Part shown: one piece after another, positions 63,901 to 64,000 of the stretch
Layout of the letters: each line of letters starts with the position of its first letter
Numbering within the stretch: the first letter of the stretch is position 1
Source of the DNA: Trichosphaerium sp. ATCC 40318
Lineage: Eukaryota > Protista > Tubulinea
Assembly: GCA_038496445.1 (NCBI GenBank)
Contig: JALMLS010000487.1
Span: 124,001-188,000, forward strand
Direction: 5' to 3'
DNA: 64,000 bases
Made by a program: the position numbers and the translations under genes
Notes under the pieces: model-generated
The model's database searches: none
What the model was told of the DNA's origin: nothing
The model's input: the letters and a program-made list of their open reading frames with translations, nothing else

Positions 63901-64000
63901 CAAATAGCTTACAATTTCAGTGTGTCCCTCAGACGCTGCTATATGCAGAGCAGAACGTTTATCGTAATCAACCTTTCAAGCAGAATTAGAAATTGAAAAA
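60990..64000 (-). CDS. Glutaminase-family protein, ankyrin - EF-hand - glutaminase - ankyrin; 5' part beyond the window, 3' end approximate
   Basis: [33 protein letters not shown] and [15 protein letters not shown]. Ankyrin blocks DYDKR..H.AA occur at both about 63700-63970 and about 61200-61740. Confidence 0.88.
62314..62386 (-). tRNA. Initiator tRNA-Met(CAT), inside glutaminase intron 62268-62462
   Basis: AGCGAAG...GGG C-C-CAT-AA CCC...GGATCGAAACC...CTTCGCTA shows A1:U72, three G:C pairs in the anticodon stem and an ATCG T-loop. A T5 terminator lies downstream. Confidence 0.95.

Noticed and set aside
1-64000. Alternative genetic code or stop-codon readthrough to explain fragmented ORFs
   Set aside because: TAA, TAG and TGA all terminate intact genes, and short GT-AG introns account for the fragmentation.

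Overview
AT-rich (roughly 35% GC by eye) eukaryotic nuclear DNA. It uses the standard genetic code and is gene-dense, with many very short (about 40-60 nt) spliceosomal introns whose donors are often GTACGT or GTGCGT. Gene content and intron style suggest an amoebozoan-like protist (inference). About 20 genes can be assembled by hand: a TROVE-like/vWA-U-box fusion, two inverted copies of a beta-helix surface protein, a beta-helix class C GPCR, HPS3, an atypical G-alpha, N-acetylneuraminate lyase, a DH-PH RhoGEF, a Rho GTPase, CENP-O, a WD40-like protein, a mucin-type WxxW protein, an SDR, a GH43-like hydrolase, and a glutaminase-ankyrin protein lacking its catalytic residues. There are also two tRNA genes (one intronic) and a pogo-like DDE transposase. 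Strongest signals: (1) a dispersed family of F-box plus 21-aa 'GVHTI' LRR genes (five intact, one decayed), whose repeats vary mainly at predicted concave-face codons, resembling a diversifying intracellular recognition and ubiquitylation repertoire; (2) at least 54 copies of the palindrome CACGTG (about 6 expected), mostly inside introns; (3) several enzymes with substituted catalytic residues. Exon boundaries were read by eye, so multi-exon coordinates are approximate.
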